Virus record (IMG/VR): IMGVR_UViG_2597490202_000002
Coordinates: 21,372 to 85,371 of that record
DNA length: 64,000 bases
Direction: 5' to 3' (one strand)
Source of the DNA: a virus
Taxonomy: Duplodnaviria; Caudoviricetes
Numbering within the stretch: position 1 is the stretch's first letter; each line of letters starts with the position of its first letter. The notes under the pieces were generated by a model. The model was not told where the DNA came from and did no database searches. It was given only the letters and a program-made list of their open reading frames with translations. This document shows, one piece after another, positions 45,901-56,059 of this stretch. Position numbers and translations under genes: made by a program.

Positions 45901-46464
45901 TCACAATGGTAGAACTAAATATTGCGTTAAAAAATGCCGCAGAGCTTTATGGTGAAAATCGACCATTTGTCGATCCTGAAAGTGGAACTCTAACCCTAGC
46001 AGGTTGCGAAGCTCTAAGTCGTCTTGGTATTGGATTTTCCGAAAGTAGACTTGAACCTGATCTTTTAGATAAGTTGCGTAAGAATCTCGCTGCTCTTTAG
46101 TAAAACCTGTTGTGAGTTTTTCTATGAAAAAAAGGTGAAGATCCTTTTCGAGTTGAACTAAGAAGTTAAAGTTATTTGCAATTTTGGCATCTTTAAATGT
46201 GAATTCAATATAAGAGAAATGGCTATTATCATATTTTCCTATCCAGTGAGAACAACCTAGTGTGATAAAGGGGCTATCAGGCTTGTTAAGTTCAATAAGT
46301 GTGGTTTTAAGTTCTGGTAGTTGAGCAATTTCTAGGATTTCATCTATTTTTTCAGGATGATTAACTAAATCAATTCCACCTGCATTTGGTGTTGGATTTT
46401 GGCAATCTTCAGATCCATTTGATGGTCGATATGGAAATTTGGTATAACCTTCACGAAAGTACAT
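45901..46464 (-). CDS. Hypothetical moron protein
   Basis: 187 aa, GAGG RBS, opposite to the late operon. Confidence 0.7.
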   Translation of the reverse strand: MYFREGYTKFPYRPSNGSEDCQNPTPNAGGIDLVNHPEKIDEILEIAQLPELKTTLIELNKPDSPFITLGCSHWIGKYDNSHFSYIEFTFKDAKIANNFNFLVQLEKDLHLFFIEKLTTGFTKEQRDSYATYLKDQVQVYFRKIQYQDDLELRNLLGLEFHFQDRQMVDFHHKALRHFLTQYLVLPL

Positions 46465-46577
46465 AATTTAATCCTCTGCTAGTTTATTTGTTGGGGAACA
46501 ATATTCTAGCAGTTTTTTTAACCAAGCTCAGTCTTTACGGACTGGGCTTTTTTATTGCCTGATATGAGGGCTAAGGT

Positions 46578-46853
46578 ATGAAAAATGTTATGAGAGATAT
46601 GGGAACACAGACGTATATTTGGTCTGGATTTAGTGGGATTATTGCGTGGTTGAGTGAGCAACAGAATTTAATGATTTTAAGTCTTGCGATTGGTATTGTG
46701 ACGGCGTGTGCGAACTTGTATCAACGCTGTGACGAAGGTAAGGCGAAGCGTCGTGAACGTGAGCGAGCCGAAGAAGCTCATCAAATCAGAATGCAGATTT
46801 ATCGGGTAAGGGCAGAGAGGTTAAGTAATGAGCAAGCTAAAAACACTAGGTAA
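46578..46853 (+). CDS. Holin
   Basis: Hydrophobic helices and charged C-terminus; precedes endolysin. Confidence 0.78.
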   Translation: MKNVMRDMGTQTYIWSGFSGIIAWLSEQQNLMILSLAIGIVTACANLYQRCDEGKAKRRERERAEEAHQIRMQIYRVRAERLSNEQAKNTR

Positions 46854-47373
46854 AGTTGGCGGTGGGGTTTGTTTTGTCAGTGCCATTATTGCGGTGTTGA
46901 ATACAGATTTTCACGGTCAATTTCGTACAAGTCAGCAAGGGCTTGAAATTATCGGTGATGCGGAAGGTTGTAAGCGTGAGCCTTATTTGTGTCCTGCAAA
47001 TGTGCTTACCGTTGGCATTGGTTCAACGGAAGCGTCAAGCGGTAAGATTGAAAGAAAAGTTTACACGGACAAAGAGATTGCAGAGCGTTGGTTGGTTGAT
47101 ATTCAGCACGCAGAAAAATGCGTGAACCGTTACGCAAATGGTGGTGATATTCCGCAATCGGTGTTTGATGTTGCTACTTCGCTGACGTTTAATGCTGGGT
47201 GTGGCACGGTGAGTAAATCGACGTTCTTTCGTAAAATCAAATCAGGCGATTATGTTGGTGCCTGTAATGAGTTGCCTAAATGGGTTTATTCAGGTGGCAA
47301 GAAGTTACGAGGGTTAGAAATCCGTCGTGAGAAAGAGAAGGCGTTATGTTTAGCTGGGTTAATAAAATCTTAA
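46828..47373 (+). CDS. SAR-type endolysin (GH24 lysozyme)
   Basis: N-terminal anchor; EG....Y.C....T.G.G; FN.G; GL..RR..E. Confidence 0.92.
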   Translation: MSKLKTLGKVGGGVCFVSAIIAVLNTDFHGQFRTSQQGLEIIGDAEGCKREPYLCPANVLTVGIGSTEASSGKIERKVYTDKEIAERWLVDIQHAEKCVNRYANGGDIPQSVFDVATSLTFNAGCGTVSKSTFFRKIKSGDYVGACNELPKWVYSGGKKLRGLEIRREKEKALCLAGLIKS

Positions 47374-47690
47374 TGGCACTGATTTTGGGCTTGTGTGTGT
47401 GGCTATGGGGTCAGTCACAGAGGATAGATAGCTTGAAAGCCGAGAACCAAACACAAGCCCAAACTATTGAGCAACAGCAAAAAGCAAACAATAAGCTGAC
47501 AATGCAACTGCAACAAGAGCGACAAGCGGTGGAATATCAGCAAAGTATTGCAAATAAACTACGAAAGCAGGTGGAGCAGAGTAATGAACAGATTAAAGCT
47601 ATTTTACAGAAAGAGCCGTGCGGCGTTACTGCTTTGCCTCGTCCTGTTGTCGATGAGCTTAAGCGGTTGCACAGCAAAGACAAAGATTGA
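47346..47690 (+). CDS. i-spanin (Rz-like)
   Basis: N-terminal TM plus coiled coil. Confidence 0.8.
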   Translation: MFSWVNKILMALILGLCVWLWGQSQRIDSLKAENQTQAQTIEQQQKANNKLTMQLQQERQAVEYQQSIANKLRKQVEQSNEQIKAILQKEPCGVTALPRPVVDELKRLHSKDKD

Positions 47691-47868
47691 GTATTTATAT
47701 CCTCCGCAAGCCTTTTTGGTGCCGTGTGAGCGGTCAGAGTTTGGTGGCACAACCTATGGTGATGCTATCGAGTATCTCGTTAAGGTGATGGGAGAGCGTG
47801 ACTTGTGTGCGGGTCAGATTGATAGCATTAGAGAGTGGCAAGCACGAACTAAGCAAGGGTTTAAATAG
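47584..47868 (+). CDS. o-spanin (Rz1-like lipoprotein)
   Basis: LSGC lipobox; overlaps Rz. Confidence 0.75.
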   Translation: MNRLKLFYRKSRAALLLCLVLLSMSLSGCTAKTKIEYLYPPQAFLVPCERSEFGGTTYGDAIEYLVKVMGERDLCAGQIDSIREWQARTKQGFK

Positions 47869-48017
47869 CTGATTAACGTTTGTGTCACGGTAGAGAGCGG
47901 TCAGATGATCGCTCTTTTATTTTATGTAAATCAAATGCTACATAATTTGCGTATGGGTTTTGGGATTGTTGGATAAATCCCCGAGAAAATACGCAAGTGA
48001 TGTAATTTATATATAAC

Positions 48018-48119
48018 AAAACCCCGATCACTGCAAATGATCGGGGTTTTTCATTACCCATTAAAGCCGAATGAGTAACGATTTATGGAGATTATGACAG
48101 TTTTAACCGTAACCATCAA
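48018..48119 (-). ncRNA. Candidate antisense sRNA (TTGATG-17-CATAAT promoter, terminator 48018-48052)
   Basis: Promoter and perfect hairpin face each other about 70 nt apart. Confidence 0.45.
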
Positions 48120-48129
48120 GGAGATACTT

Positions 48130-48240
48130 ATGGAATATGGTTTATGGCAAATAAGCCTTGCAGTAACACTACCTATTTTAGCGTTTGTTTCACCAAAGCT
48201 AATTAATGCCATTGCTAATTTATTGAATGTTTTGAAATAA
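48130..48240 (+). CDS. 36-aa hydrophobic peptide MEYGLWQISLAVTLPILAFVSPKLINAIANLLNVLK
   Basis: AAGGAG RBS. Confidence 0.55.
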   Translation: MEYGLWQISLAVTLPILAFVSPKLINAIANLLNVLK

Positions 48241-48255
48241 AAAGGATTAACCACG

Positions 48256-48708
48256 ATGACGAAGAAAGACGAGGTTAAATCCACGTCTAAAGGTCGTGGG
48301 TTAACACCTAAGCAAGAAAAATTCTGCCAGCTTTATATTGAGCTTGGCAATGCGAGTGAGGCTTATCGGCAGGCTTACGATTGTTCAAAAATGAGTAATG
48401 AAACAATCAATACGAAAGCTAAAGAACTACTGAAGAACGGTCCGATTACGGTCCGATTGGATGAGTTAAGAAGTTCTCATCAACAACGTCATAACATTAC
48501 CGTTGATAACTTGTTAGGCAAGCTAGAGCGTATCTATAACGAGGCGATGGAGCGTGATACCCCTCAATTCTCATCTGCGGTAAATGCGGTAATGGGACAA
48601 GCTAAACTTTTAGGCTTTGACAAACAGGTTATCGATCATACAAACTCTGACGGCTCACTTCGCCCTACGGTTATTGAGTTGGTGGCACCAAATGAAAATA
48701 CAGCTTAA
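48256..48708 (+). CDS. Terminase small subunit
   Basis: LTPKQEKFC..Y...NAS.AY..AY. Confidence 0.9.
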   Translation: MTKKDEVKSTSKGRGLTPKQEKFCQLYIELGNASEAYRQAYDCSKMSNETINTKAKELLKNGPITVRLDELRSSHQQRHNITVDNLLGKLERIYNEAMERDTPQFSSAVNAVMGQAKLLGFDKQVIDHTNSDGSLRPTVIELVAPNENTA

Positions 48709-49927
48709 TCTTCCTCCTAAACTGATACCGGTGTTTACACAGCAGAATGTGCGTTATCGTGGTGCTTATGGTGGTCGTGGTTCGGCAAAAACACGCACTT
48801 TTGCCAAGATGACTGCGGTTGTTGCATATCAACGGGCAATGCAAGGCGAAAGCGGTGTGATTTTATGCGGTCGTGAGTTTATGAACTCGTTGGAAGATTC
48901 ATCATTAGAAGAGATTAAGCAAGCCATTCAAAGTGAACCGTGGTTAGCAAATTTTTTTGATGTTGGTGAGAAATATGTACGCACAAAGTGCGGTCGAATT
49001 TCCTATATTTTTACAGGTTTACGGCACAATCTTGACAGTATTAAATCAAAAGCACGGATTTTACTTGCGTGGATTGATGAAGCAGAAAGCGTGAGCGAAA
49101 TGGCTTGGCGGAAACTTCTGCCTACGGTGCGTGAAAACGGTTCGGAAATTTGGTTAACGTGGAACCCTGAAAAGAAAGGTTCGGCAACGGATTTACGCTT
49201 TAGGCAACATCAAGACGAAAGTATGGCGATTGTTGAGATGAATTATAGCGATAATCCGTGGTTTCCTGATGTATTAGAGCAAGAACGCTTAAGGGATAAA
49301 GCCCGTTTAGATGATGCGACTTATCGTTGGATTTGGGAGGGGGATTATCTTGAAGAAAGCGAGGCTCAAGTCTTTAGAGGAAAATACCAAGAGCTTGAGT
49401 TTAAGCCTTTACCTGATTTTGAAGGTCCTTATCACGGGTTGGATTTCGGTTTTGCTCACGACCCAACCGCAGCGATTAAATGCTGGGTGTTTAATGATGA
49501 ATTGTATATTGAATATGAGGCTGGCAAAGTTGGGTTAGAGCTTGATGATACAGCCACATTTTTGCAGAAAGGTATTGCTGGCATTGAGCAGTATGTGATA
49601 CGAGCAGATTCAGCAAGACCTGAGTCTATCAGCTATTTAAAGCGACACGGCTTGCCTCGTATTGATGGCGTTTCAAAATGGAAAGGGAGTGTTGAAGATG
49701 GGATTGCTCATATTAAATCCTATAAGAAAATCTACATTCACCCACGCTGTCAGCAAACCTTGAATGAATTTCGTTTGTATAGCTATAAAACCGACCGCTT
49801 GTCTGGCGATGTGTTGCCAACATTAGTTGATGCCCATAACCACTATATTGATGCGTTGCGGTATGCGCTTAATCCTCGTATTCAGCGGAAAGGGGATTTT
49901 AGCCAAAATCCACTTAAACTTTACTAA
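48692..49927 (+). CDS. Terminase large subunit (PBSX-like)
   Basis: GGRGSAKT, WIDEAE, TWNP, GLDFG, NHYIDALRY. Confidence 0.93.
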   Translation: MKIQLNLPPKLIPVFTQQNVRYRGAYGGRGSAKTRTFAKMTAVVAYQRAMQGESGVILCGREFMNSLEDSSLEEIKQAIQSEPWLANFFDVGEKYVRTKCGRISYIFTGLRHNLDSIKSKARILLAWIDEAESVSEMAWRKLLPTVRENGSEIWLTWNPEKKGSATDLRFRQHQDESMAIVEMNYSDNPWFPDVLEQERLRDKARLDDATYRWIWEGDYLEESEAQVFRGKYQELEFKPLPDFEGPYHGLDFGFAHDPTAAIKCWVFNDELYIEYEAGKVGLELDDTATFLQKGIAGIEQYVIRADSARPESISYLKRHGLPRIDGVSKWKGSVEDGIAHIKSYKKIYIHPRCQQTLNEFRLYSYKTDRLSGDVLPTLVDAHNHYIDALRYALNPRIQRKGDFSQNPLKLY

Positions 49928-49936
49928 GGATAATTT

Positions 49937-51334
49937 ATGTCTGATGTTTCTATTGTTATGCGTGAAATCAGGGCGTTGAATGAAAAAGGTGTGATGATTG
50001 ATGATTTGCTTGGCGGAACAAAAACAATGCGACAAGCAGGGAAAAAATACCTTTATCAATTCAGTCTTGAGGAAGAAGAGGCTTATAAAAACAGACTTAA
50101 CCGCTCAACGCTTTATCCTGCTTTATCGGAAACGCTCTACCAAATGACAGGTAGAGTTTTTTTTGAGCCGATTACGACAAATAACGTTCACGATAAATTA
50201 AAGCAAGATATTTTGCCTGATGTGGATTTAGAGGGAAATAATGTCGATGTATTTTCTTCTCGTTGGTTTAATGCAGGTTTAACTTACGGCGTGGCATGGT
50301 GCTTGGTGGATTACACTCGTACTGAGAATGTTCGTACCATTGCCGATGAGAAAGCCGTTAATGCTCGTCCTTATTTTATTTTGATTAAGCCTAAAAATGT
50401 TTTGGGATTTAAAACGGATAAAATCAAAGGGAAACGACAAATCACGCAGTTTCGCTATATGGAAGATGTTGCGGTAGATGATGGCGAATTTGGCACGAAG
50501 ATTGAGAAGATTATTTATGTGTATGAAATCGGTCGTATGCGTAAGTACAAAAAGGCAGATGGTCAATGGACGCTGATTGATGATGTGCAACTTCTGGCTC
50601 AAAATCGACCGCTTGAAATTGTGCCTGTTGTACCGTTTATTACGAAAGAAAGTGGAGTGCTTGCGTTAGGCGAACCACCGTTGCTTGAATTGGCTTATCT
50701 GAATATTAAGCACTGGCAATCACAATCCGATCAGGACAACATTTTAAATACCGCTCGTGTGCCGTTATTAGGGATTTTCTCCGATACTGAAGTCAATAAG
50801 CTACAAGTTGGTGGCAGTGCGTTACATTTACCCGCAGGTTCTCAGGTTGCTTATATCGAACATTCAGGTAATGCGATTAACGCAGGGCAAGAGAGTTTGA
50901 AAGAGTTGGAAAGCCAAATGCGTGTTGCCGGGGCGAAACTCTTAGATAAAACCGTGTTAGCAATGACAGACAGTCAAGCCAAAGAAGAGCAAGGCAAAGA
51001 AATCAGTTTATTGCGACTGTATGCGAATAAATTTGAAGATGCGTTAGATTTAGCCTTGGAATATGTTGGGTTGTGGTTGGGTATTGATGATGTCGGTAAG
51101 GTGGAAATTAGCGGTAACATTGATGACGATCTCGATCCAAATGCCTCGATGGATATGGTCATTAAAATGCAACAAGCAGGCACACTTTCAAAACAAACCG
51201 TCTTTAATGAGGCGAAACGTCGTGGGTTGATTAGCGATAATGTGGAATGGGAAGATGAACAGGCTCGCTTAAATGAAGAAGGGGTAGATTATGGCCTTGA
51301 GTTCGCAGGACAAACCGAAACAAAGCCTGAATAG
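49937..51334 (+). CDS. Portal protein (DUF4055-like)
   Basis: GT..MR..G..YL; PPLL.LA.LN..HWQ. Confidence 0.85.
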   Translation: MSDVSIVMREIRALNEKGVMIDDLLGGTKTMRQAGKKYLYQFSLEEEEAYKNRLNRSTLYPALSETLYQMTGRVFFEPITTNNVHDKLKQDILPDVDLEGNNVDVFSSRWFNAGLTYGVAWCLVDYTRTENVRTIADEKAVNARPYFILIKPKNVLGFKTDKIKGKRQITQFRYMEDVAVDDGEFGTKIEKIIYVYEIGRMRKYKKADGQWTLIDDVQLLAQNRPLEIVPVVPFITKESGVLALGEPPLLELAYLNIKHWQSQSDQDNILNTARVPLLGIFSDTEVNKLQVGGSALHLPAGSQVAYIEHSGNAINAGQESLKELESQMRVAGAKLLDKTVLAMTDSQAKEEQGKEISLLRLYANKFEDALDLALEYVGLWLGIDDVGKVEISGNIDDDLDPNASMDMVIKMQQAGTLSKQTVFNEAKRRGLISDNVEWEDEQARLNEEGVDYGLEFAGQTETKPE

Positions 51335-53075
51335 TCGTATTGCATACGCATTAACTGATCGCAAAATTCTGCATTTTCGTTATGATGCACATCTTAGACA
51401 GCAGGTAATGAAACGGCTAAGTAAAACACAACGTGAGTTGCTCAATCGTTTAGCGGCCGCAGGTGTGGATGCTTTACCTAAAAAGCAATTAGACACACTG
51501 CTTAAGGAGCTTAAGCAAGAAGTGGCAAAAGTCTATCAAGAAATGACCGCTTACACGCAAGACGAGTTAAGCGGTTTTTTCACGGCGGAAACCCAACATA
51601 TTCATCAGCTTTACAATGATGAAGTCGGCTTTGATTTTTTTAATCAGGTGCCTGAATATAAGCAAAAAGCGAATAAAACCGCAACGATTATTGCAGGTTC
51701 GCCTTTAGAAGACTGGTGGGCAAAGCAAGGCAATGATTTTGCCTTTAAGTTTGAGGGAATTATTCGCCAAGGGTTGTTAGATGGTCAACAAACAAGTCAA
51801 ATGATTAGTGATGTTAAGCATTTAATGAATACGTCTCGCAGACACGCTGAAACCTTAGTGATTACTGCGGTAGCGAAAGTGGCAGATAATGCTCATCAAG
51901 CCTTAAGAGATGAAAACCTTGATATTTTGGCAGGAGAAAAACACCTTTCTACATTAGACACTCGAACATCAACCGTATGTCAATTAAGAGATGGGTTAAT
52001 GTGGGATTTAGATAAAAAGCCGATAGACCACGATGTACCTTATCAACGACCGCCTTTGCACCCACGTTGCCGCAGTATTTTACAGCTTGTAACCAAGAGC
52101 TGGAAAGAGCTTGGGATTGATGGTGTAGATGAAATGCCATCAAGCACGAGAGCAAGCCAAGATGGCCCTGTATCAGAGCAGATTAACTACGAAAATTGGT
52201 TGAAAAGCAAATCGCCTGAGCAACAAGATCAGGTATTGGGCAAAGGTAAGGCGGATTTATGGCGTAGAGGCGTGATTACTTTTGCGGATATGTTGGATCA
52301 GAGTGGGAGACCGTTGACTTTGGCAAATTTAAATGCAAAATTTAATACTCAAGATGGAGTAATAAAACAAATGCGTTCAAATTGGTCAGACGATTTTCCC
52401 GATACAGTTATAGATAGAAAATTAGGTGATGCAACATCTCACCCTCTTTATGAATTAGCCAAGAGAGGGGATATTGATGCGGCTTACCATTTGGCAAAAG
52501 ATCTTGTTTCAGATGAAGCAATTGAGAAATTGCGTAAAATCATCGCTGGTCGGAATGTTATTATTGTTCCAGTTCACGCTGAAGAAGCTGTTGGTAGAAA
52601 TATGATTCCTGTAGCAACTGCTACAGTGCTAGCGAAGAAATTGAATGTAAAAGTCGATCTTTCCATTGTTCAAGCAACTAAGGTTTCTAGAACAGCAGGT
52701 GATGGTTGGCATAGATTGATTTATTCCCCTGCATTTGATGGAGAATATCCTAAAGGTCAACTGGCTATTATTCTCGATGATACTCAAACGCAAGGCGGTA
52801 CATTAGCCAGCCTTAAAGGGTATATTGAGCAACAAAATGGCAAAGTTGTTGGTGCTTATGCTTTGACAGGAAAACAATATTCTGTACAATTACGACTATC
52901 TAAAGAAACACTGAATCAATTGAGGGAAAAGTATGGCAGTATTGAATATTGGTGGACGGCAGAATTTGGCTATGACTTCTCAAAACTCACAGAATGGGAA
53001 GCGAGATTTATCCTCAATTCACGTAAGACAGCTGACGAAGTCAGAAATACAATCATTGCGAGAAAGCAAGCGTGA
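51291..53075 (+). CDS. MuF/SPP1 gp7 head protein with C-terminal phosphoribosyltransferase-like domain
   Basis: TLD.RTS..C, PPLHPRCRS; C-terminal IILDDTQTQGGT PRPP-type motif. Confidence 0.82.
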   Translation: MALSSQDKPKQSLNSRIAYALTDRKILHFRYDAHLRQQVMKRLSKTQRELLNRLAAAGVDALPKKQLDTLLKELKQEVAKVYQEMTAYTQDELSGFFTAETQHIHQLYNDEVGFDFFNQVPEYKQKANKTATIIAGSPLEDWWAKQGNDFAFKFEGIIRQGLLDGQQTSQMISDVKHLMNTSRRHAETLVITAVAKVADNAHQALRDENLDILAGEKHLSTLDTRTSTVCQLRDGLMWDLDKKPIDHDVPYQRPPLHPRCRSILQLVTKSWKELGIDGVDEMPSSTRASQDGPVSEQINYENWLKSKSPEQQDQVLGKGKADLWRRGVITFADMLDQSGRPLTLANLNAKFNTQDGVIKQMRSNWSDDFPDTVIDRKLGDATSHPLYELAKRGDIDAAYHLAKDLVSDEAIEKLRKIIAGRNVIIVPVHAEEAVGRNMIPVATATVLAKKLNVKVDLSIVQATKVSRTAGDGWHRLIYSPAFDGEYPKGQLAIILDDTQTQGGTLASLKGYIEQQNGKVVGAYALTGKQYSVQLRLSKETLNQLREKYGSIEYWWTAEFGYDFSKLTEWEARFILNSRKTADEVRNTIIARKQA

Positions 53076-53235
53076 AGCCTATGAAAGAATGATGAAATTA
53101 GATTAAGCACTAGGTATTAATGCTTATTTCTAAACCAAACAATTTTTCTACTAACCTAGCCTAAGTGCTAGGTTTTTTTATACCTAAATTTCAACTAAAC
53201 CGCTTATACAGCAATGTGTAAGCGGTTTTTTATTG

Positions 53236-53320
53236 CCTGTAAGATAGAAAAGTACACTCGACAAGTAGCGTTTGTGTCTCCCACTCGCTATTTCTTACAG
53301 GTTTCTTTTTAGTGGGAAGA
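53236..53320 (+). promoter_or_regulatory. Structured antirepressor leader
   Basis: CCTGTAAGA..TCTTACAGG stem; loop TCCCACT complementary to AGTGGGA near the RBS. Confidence 0.55.
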
Positions 53321-53335
53321 AACTAGGAGGCATTT

Positions 53336-53857
53336 ATGCAAGCATTAAAAGCAAAATTCTTTGGTTCAGAAATTTTAGTCATCAATCATAACAGCAAGCC
53401 TTATGTGCCGATGAAACAGATTGTAGAAAATATCGGTTTAGTCTGGCACGCACAATTCGAGCGATTACAGCGCAATGAGGTTCTTTCGCAAGGTATTCGT
53501 GTTATACGAATACCTTCAAATGGTGGTGAACAAGAAGCGGTTTGTTTACCATTGCACTATCTCAATGGGTGGCTATTTGGGGTCAAAGTTTCCAAAGTTA
53601 AGCCAGAATTAAAAGAGAAACTTATTCGTTATCAAAAAGAATGTTATGAAGTGCTTTGGGATTACTGGACTACGGGCGTAGCGAAGTGGGATGAAATTCG
53701 ACAACGGCGAGAAGTTCTAGAAGAAAATGAAAACGCATCAAAAAAACGCGCAAGCGAAGCAGGACGAGCATTACAAAAACGAAAATTAGAAAAGCATACT
53801 TATGAAATTGGTATAGCACGGCTAGATAGAATGGAACAGTTATTACTTGATATTTAA
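53336..53857 (+). CDS. Antirepressor (P22 Ant N-terminal domain)
   Basis: PYVPMK.IVE.IGL.W..Q; CLPL..LNGWLF; YQ.ECY.VL.DYW. Confidence 0.88.
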   Translation: MQALKAKFFGSEILVINHNSKPYVPMKQIVENIGLVWHAQFERLQRNEVLSQGIRVIRIPSNGGEQEAVCLPLHYLNGWLFGVKVSKVKPELKEKLIRYQKECYEVLWDYWTTGVAKWDEIRQRREVLEENENASKKRASEAGRALQKRKLEKHTYEIGIARLDRMEQLLLDI

Positions 53858-53981
53858 GGTGTGATTATAACGATTGCACCTTTTTTATTACCTGAAACCT
53901 AACCGCACTTTCGCAAGATCGTGCGGTTTTTATTATCCACGTTTCGGAAGAAACACAAACTTACTTAGGAAGGAAATCCAA

Positions 53982-54740
53982 ATGAAATTAAAACTTGATG
54001 AAAAAGGCAATGTTGTGGTTGTAGATGGTAAACCTGTGTATACCCACGATGACGGGAAGGAAATCCCTTTTGATGCACCGCAAGCAATGCAAAAAATTTC
54101 TTCGCTCAATGCTGAAAACAAACAACACCGTGAGGCTAAAGAAAAAGCGGAAGCAGAACTCAAAAAGTTTGACGGAATTGATGATGTGGCAAAAGCAAAA
54201 GAGGCCTTAAAAACGGTGGAAAATCTTGATGCTAAAAAACTGATTGATGCAGGTGAAGCGGAAAAGGTTAAACAAGAAGTGATTAAGGGCTATGAGCAAA
54301 AACTGGCAGATGCCAAAGCGTTAGCAGAGAAAGTACAAGGGCAGTTACATACTGAGTTAATTGGAGGTTCGTTTGCTCGCTCTAAGTTTGTCACAGAGAA
54401 ATTGGCAATGCCTGTTGATGTGGCTCAAGCGTTCTTTGGTAAGCATTTTAGCATTGATGAAAACGGTGCAATTTTGGCAAAAGATGCGCTTGGCAACGAA
54501 ATTTTCAGTCGAGTGAAACCAGGGCAACGTGCGGATTTTGAAGAGGCGTTAGAGGCTTTAGTGGATGCTTACCCTAACAAAGATTCTATTCTAAAAGGCT
54601 CTGGCTCAAGCGGTGGTGGCGGTGGTGCTGGCTCTCCCGCTGGCAAACAATTTAAACGTAGCCAAATGACCCCTGAAGAGATGAACAAGTTTATTCAGGA
54701 ACACGGTCGTGAGGCATATCTTAATCTACCTAAAGAATAA
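53982..54740 (+). CDS. Capsid scaffolding protein
   Basis: MKLKLDE.G.V, coiled coil, Gly-rich tail; precedes capsid. Confidence 0.78.
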   Translation: MKLKLDEKGNVVVVDGKPVYTHDDGKEIPFDAPQAMQKISSLNAENKQHREAKEKAEAELKKFDGIDDVAKAKEALKTVENLDAKKLIDAGEAEKVKQEVIKGYEQKLADAKALAEKVQGQLHTELIGGSFARSKFVTEKLAMPVDVAQAFFGKHFSIDENGAILAKDALGNEIFSRVKPGQRADFEEALEALVDAYPNKDSILKGSGSSGGGGGAGSPAGKQFKRSQMTPEEMNKFIQEHGREAYLNLPKE

Positions 54741-54751
54741 AGGAAAACATT

Positions 54752-55690
54752 ATGGCAACAGGCTTAAACAAAGATGTGATTATCTACAATGAACTGGCTC
54801 AAACTGCATATTTAGAGCGTATTCAAGATAATCTTAATGTATTTAATGCTGCTTCAAACGGCTGCATTTTATTGCAAGATGAGAATATCCAAGGCGATTT
54901 TCGCAAACAATCTTTTTACAAAATCGGTGGTTCTTTGGAACATCGTGATGTAAATAGTAATGGCGCGGTTGAGAATAAAACCATTGCGATGGGTGAAATG
55001 GTTGGCGTGAAAATTCCGTTTAAATACGGCCCTTATGCAATTACGGAAGAGGCAATGAAACGCCGAGCGAGAAGCACGGAGGAGTTTTCTATCCTTATTG
55101 GCCAAGACTATGCGGATGCATTATTAGACGGTTATTTTAAATACTTGACTGCTGGTGCAATGGCGGCAATTGGGACGAATGGTGATATGAAAGCCTCGGC
55201 GTCTATTGCAACCGATCACAAAAAAGTATTGACCAAAGGGATGCGTAAGTTTGGGGATAAATTTGGGCGAATTGGTTTATGGGTGATGGACTCTGCTGTC
55301 TATTTTGATCTGATTGATGATGCAATTACAAATAAAGTATTTGAATCGGAAGACCAGATTATTTATGGCGGTTTACCGGCAACAATGGGCAAGCCTGTGT
55401 TAGTAACGGATAAAGCCAAAGCTAACACCATTTTAGGCTTACAAGCCGGAGCAATTACTATCACGAATTCGCAATTACCGGGTTTCCGAGCTTATGACAT
55501 TAACAGTGAAGAAAACTTAGCGATTGGTATTCGTGCGGAAGGCACATTTAACCTTGATGTTTTAGGTTATTCGTACAAAGAAAGTGCGGGAGCGAACCCT
55601 AACCTTTCGACCATTGGCACGGAAGCAAGTTGGCAAAAATATGCGACCAGCAATAAAAATACGGCTGGCGTGTTAATTGAATTAAGCTAA
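54752..55690 (+). CDS. Major capsid protein
   Basis: 312 aa after scaffold; VFN.AS.G.I.L, WVM.S, G.PVLVTD. Confidence 0.82.
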   Translation: MATGLNKDVIIYNELAQTAYLERIQDNLNVFNAASNGCILLQDENIQGDFRKQSFYKIGGSLEHRDVNSNGAVENKTIAMGEMVGVKIPFKYGPYAITEEAMKRRARSTEEFSILIGQDYADALLDGYFKYLTAGAMAAIGTNGDMKASASIATDHKKVLTKGMRKFGDKFGRIGLWVMDSAVYFDLIDDAITNKVFESEDQIIYGGLPATMGKPVLVTDKAKANTILGLQAGAITITNSQLPGFRAYDINSEENLAIGIRAEGTFNLDVLGYSYKESAGANPNLSTIGTEASWQKYATSNKNTAGVLIELS

Positions 55691-55775
55691 CTAAGTTAAG
55701 TGAATATAAAAGCGGTGCGTTTTTGCAAAAAATTAACAAAATCGTACCGCTTTTTATGTTGAGAAGGAGTAATCA

Positions 55776-56037
55776 ATGCAATTAATTTATACAACGCAAA
55801 CCACAGGATTTGAACCGCATAAACATTACCGAAATCCGCTGTATTTTGAAAAAGCAGAAAGTAAGGTGACCGATGTGGTGATTTATGGGGATTTTCCTAA
55901 GATTGCACAAGCGTATCAATCCTTAGGGGTTAAGGTTCAATGGGTTGATGAACAATCTGATAAAAAACCATTAGACAAGATGACCGTGCCAGAATTAACC
56001 ACCGCACTTAAAGCCTTAAATGTGGAAATTCCGCAAG
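55776..56037 (+). pseudogene. Post-capsid protein with HeH/LEM-like motif, truncated by IS110
   Basis: KMTV.EL..AL....VEIP then reads into IS sequence. Confidence 0.65.
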
Positions 56038-56059
56038 ATACCATAAGACACAACAAATT

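Larger units (their letters stand above)
21900..56037. mobile_element. Prophage 2: lambdoid prophage without integrase or tail genes in this window
   Basis: Leftward early operon, cI/cro/cII, O-DnaB, nin-Q, lysis, terminase, portal, capsid; ends at IS110. Confidence 0.88.

Noticed and set aside
45888-46100. 70-aa plus-strand ORF
   Set aside because: Almost entirely antisense to the 187-aa moron and has no clear RBS
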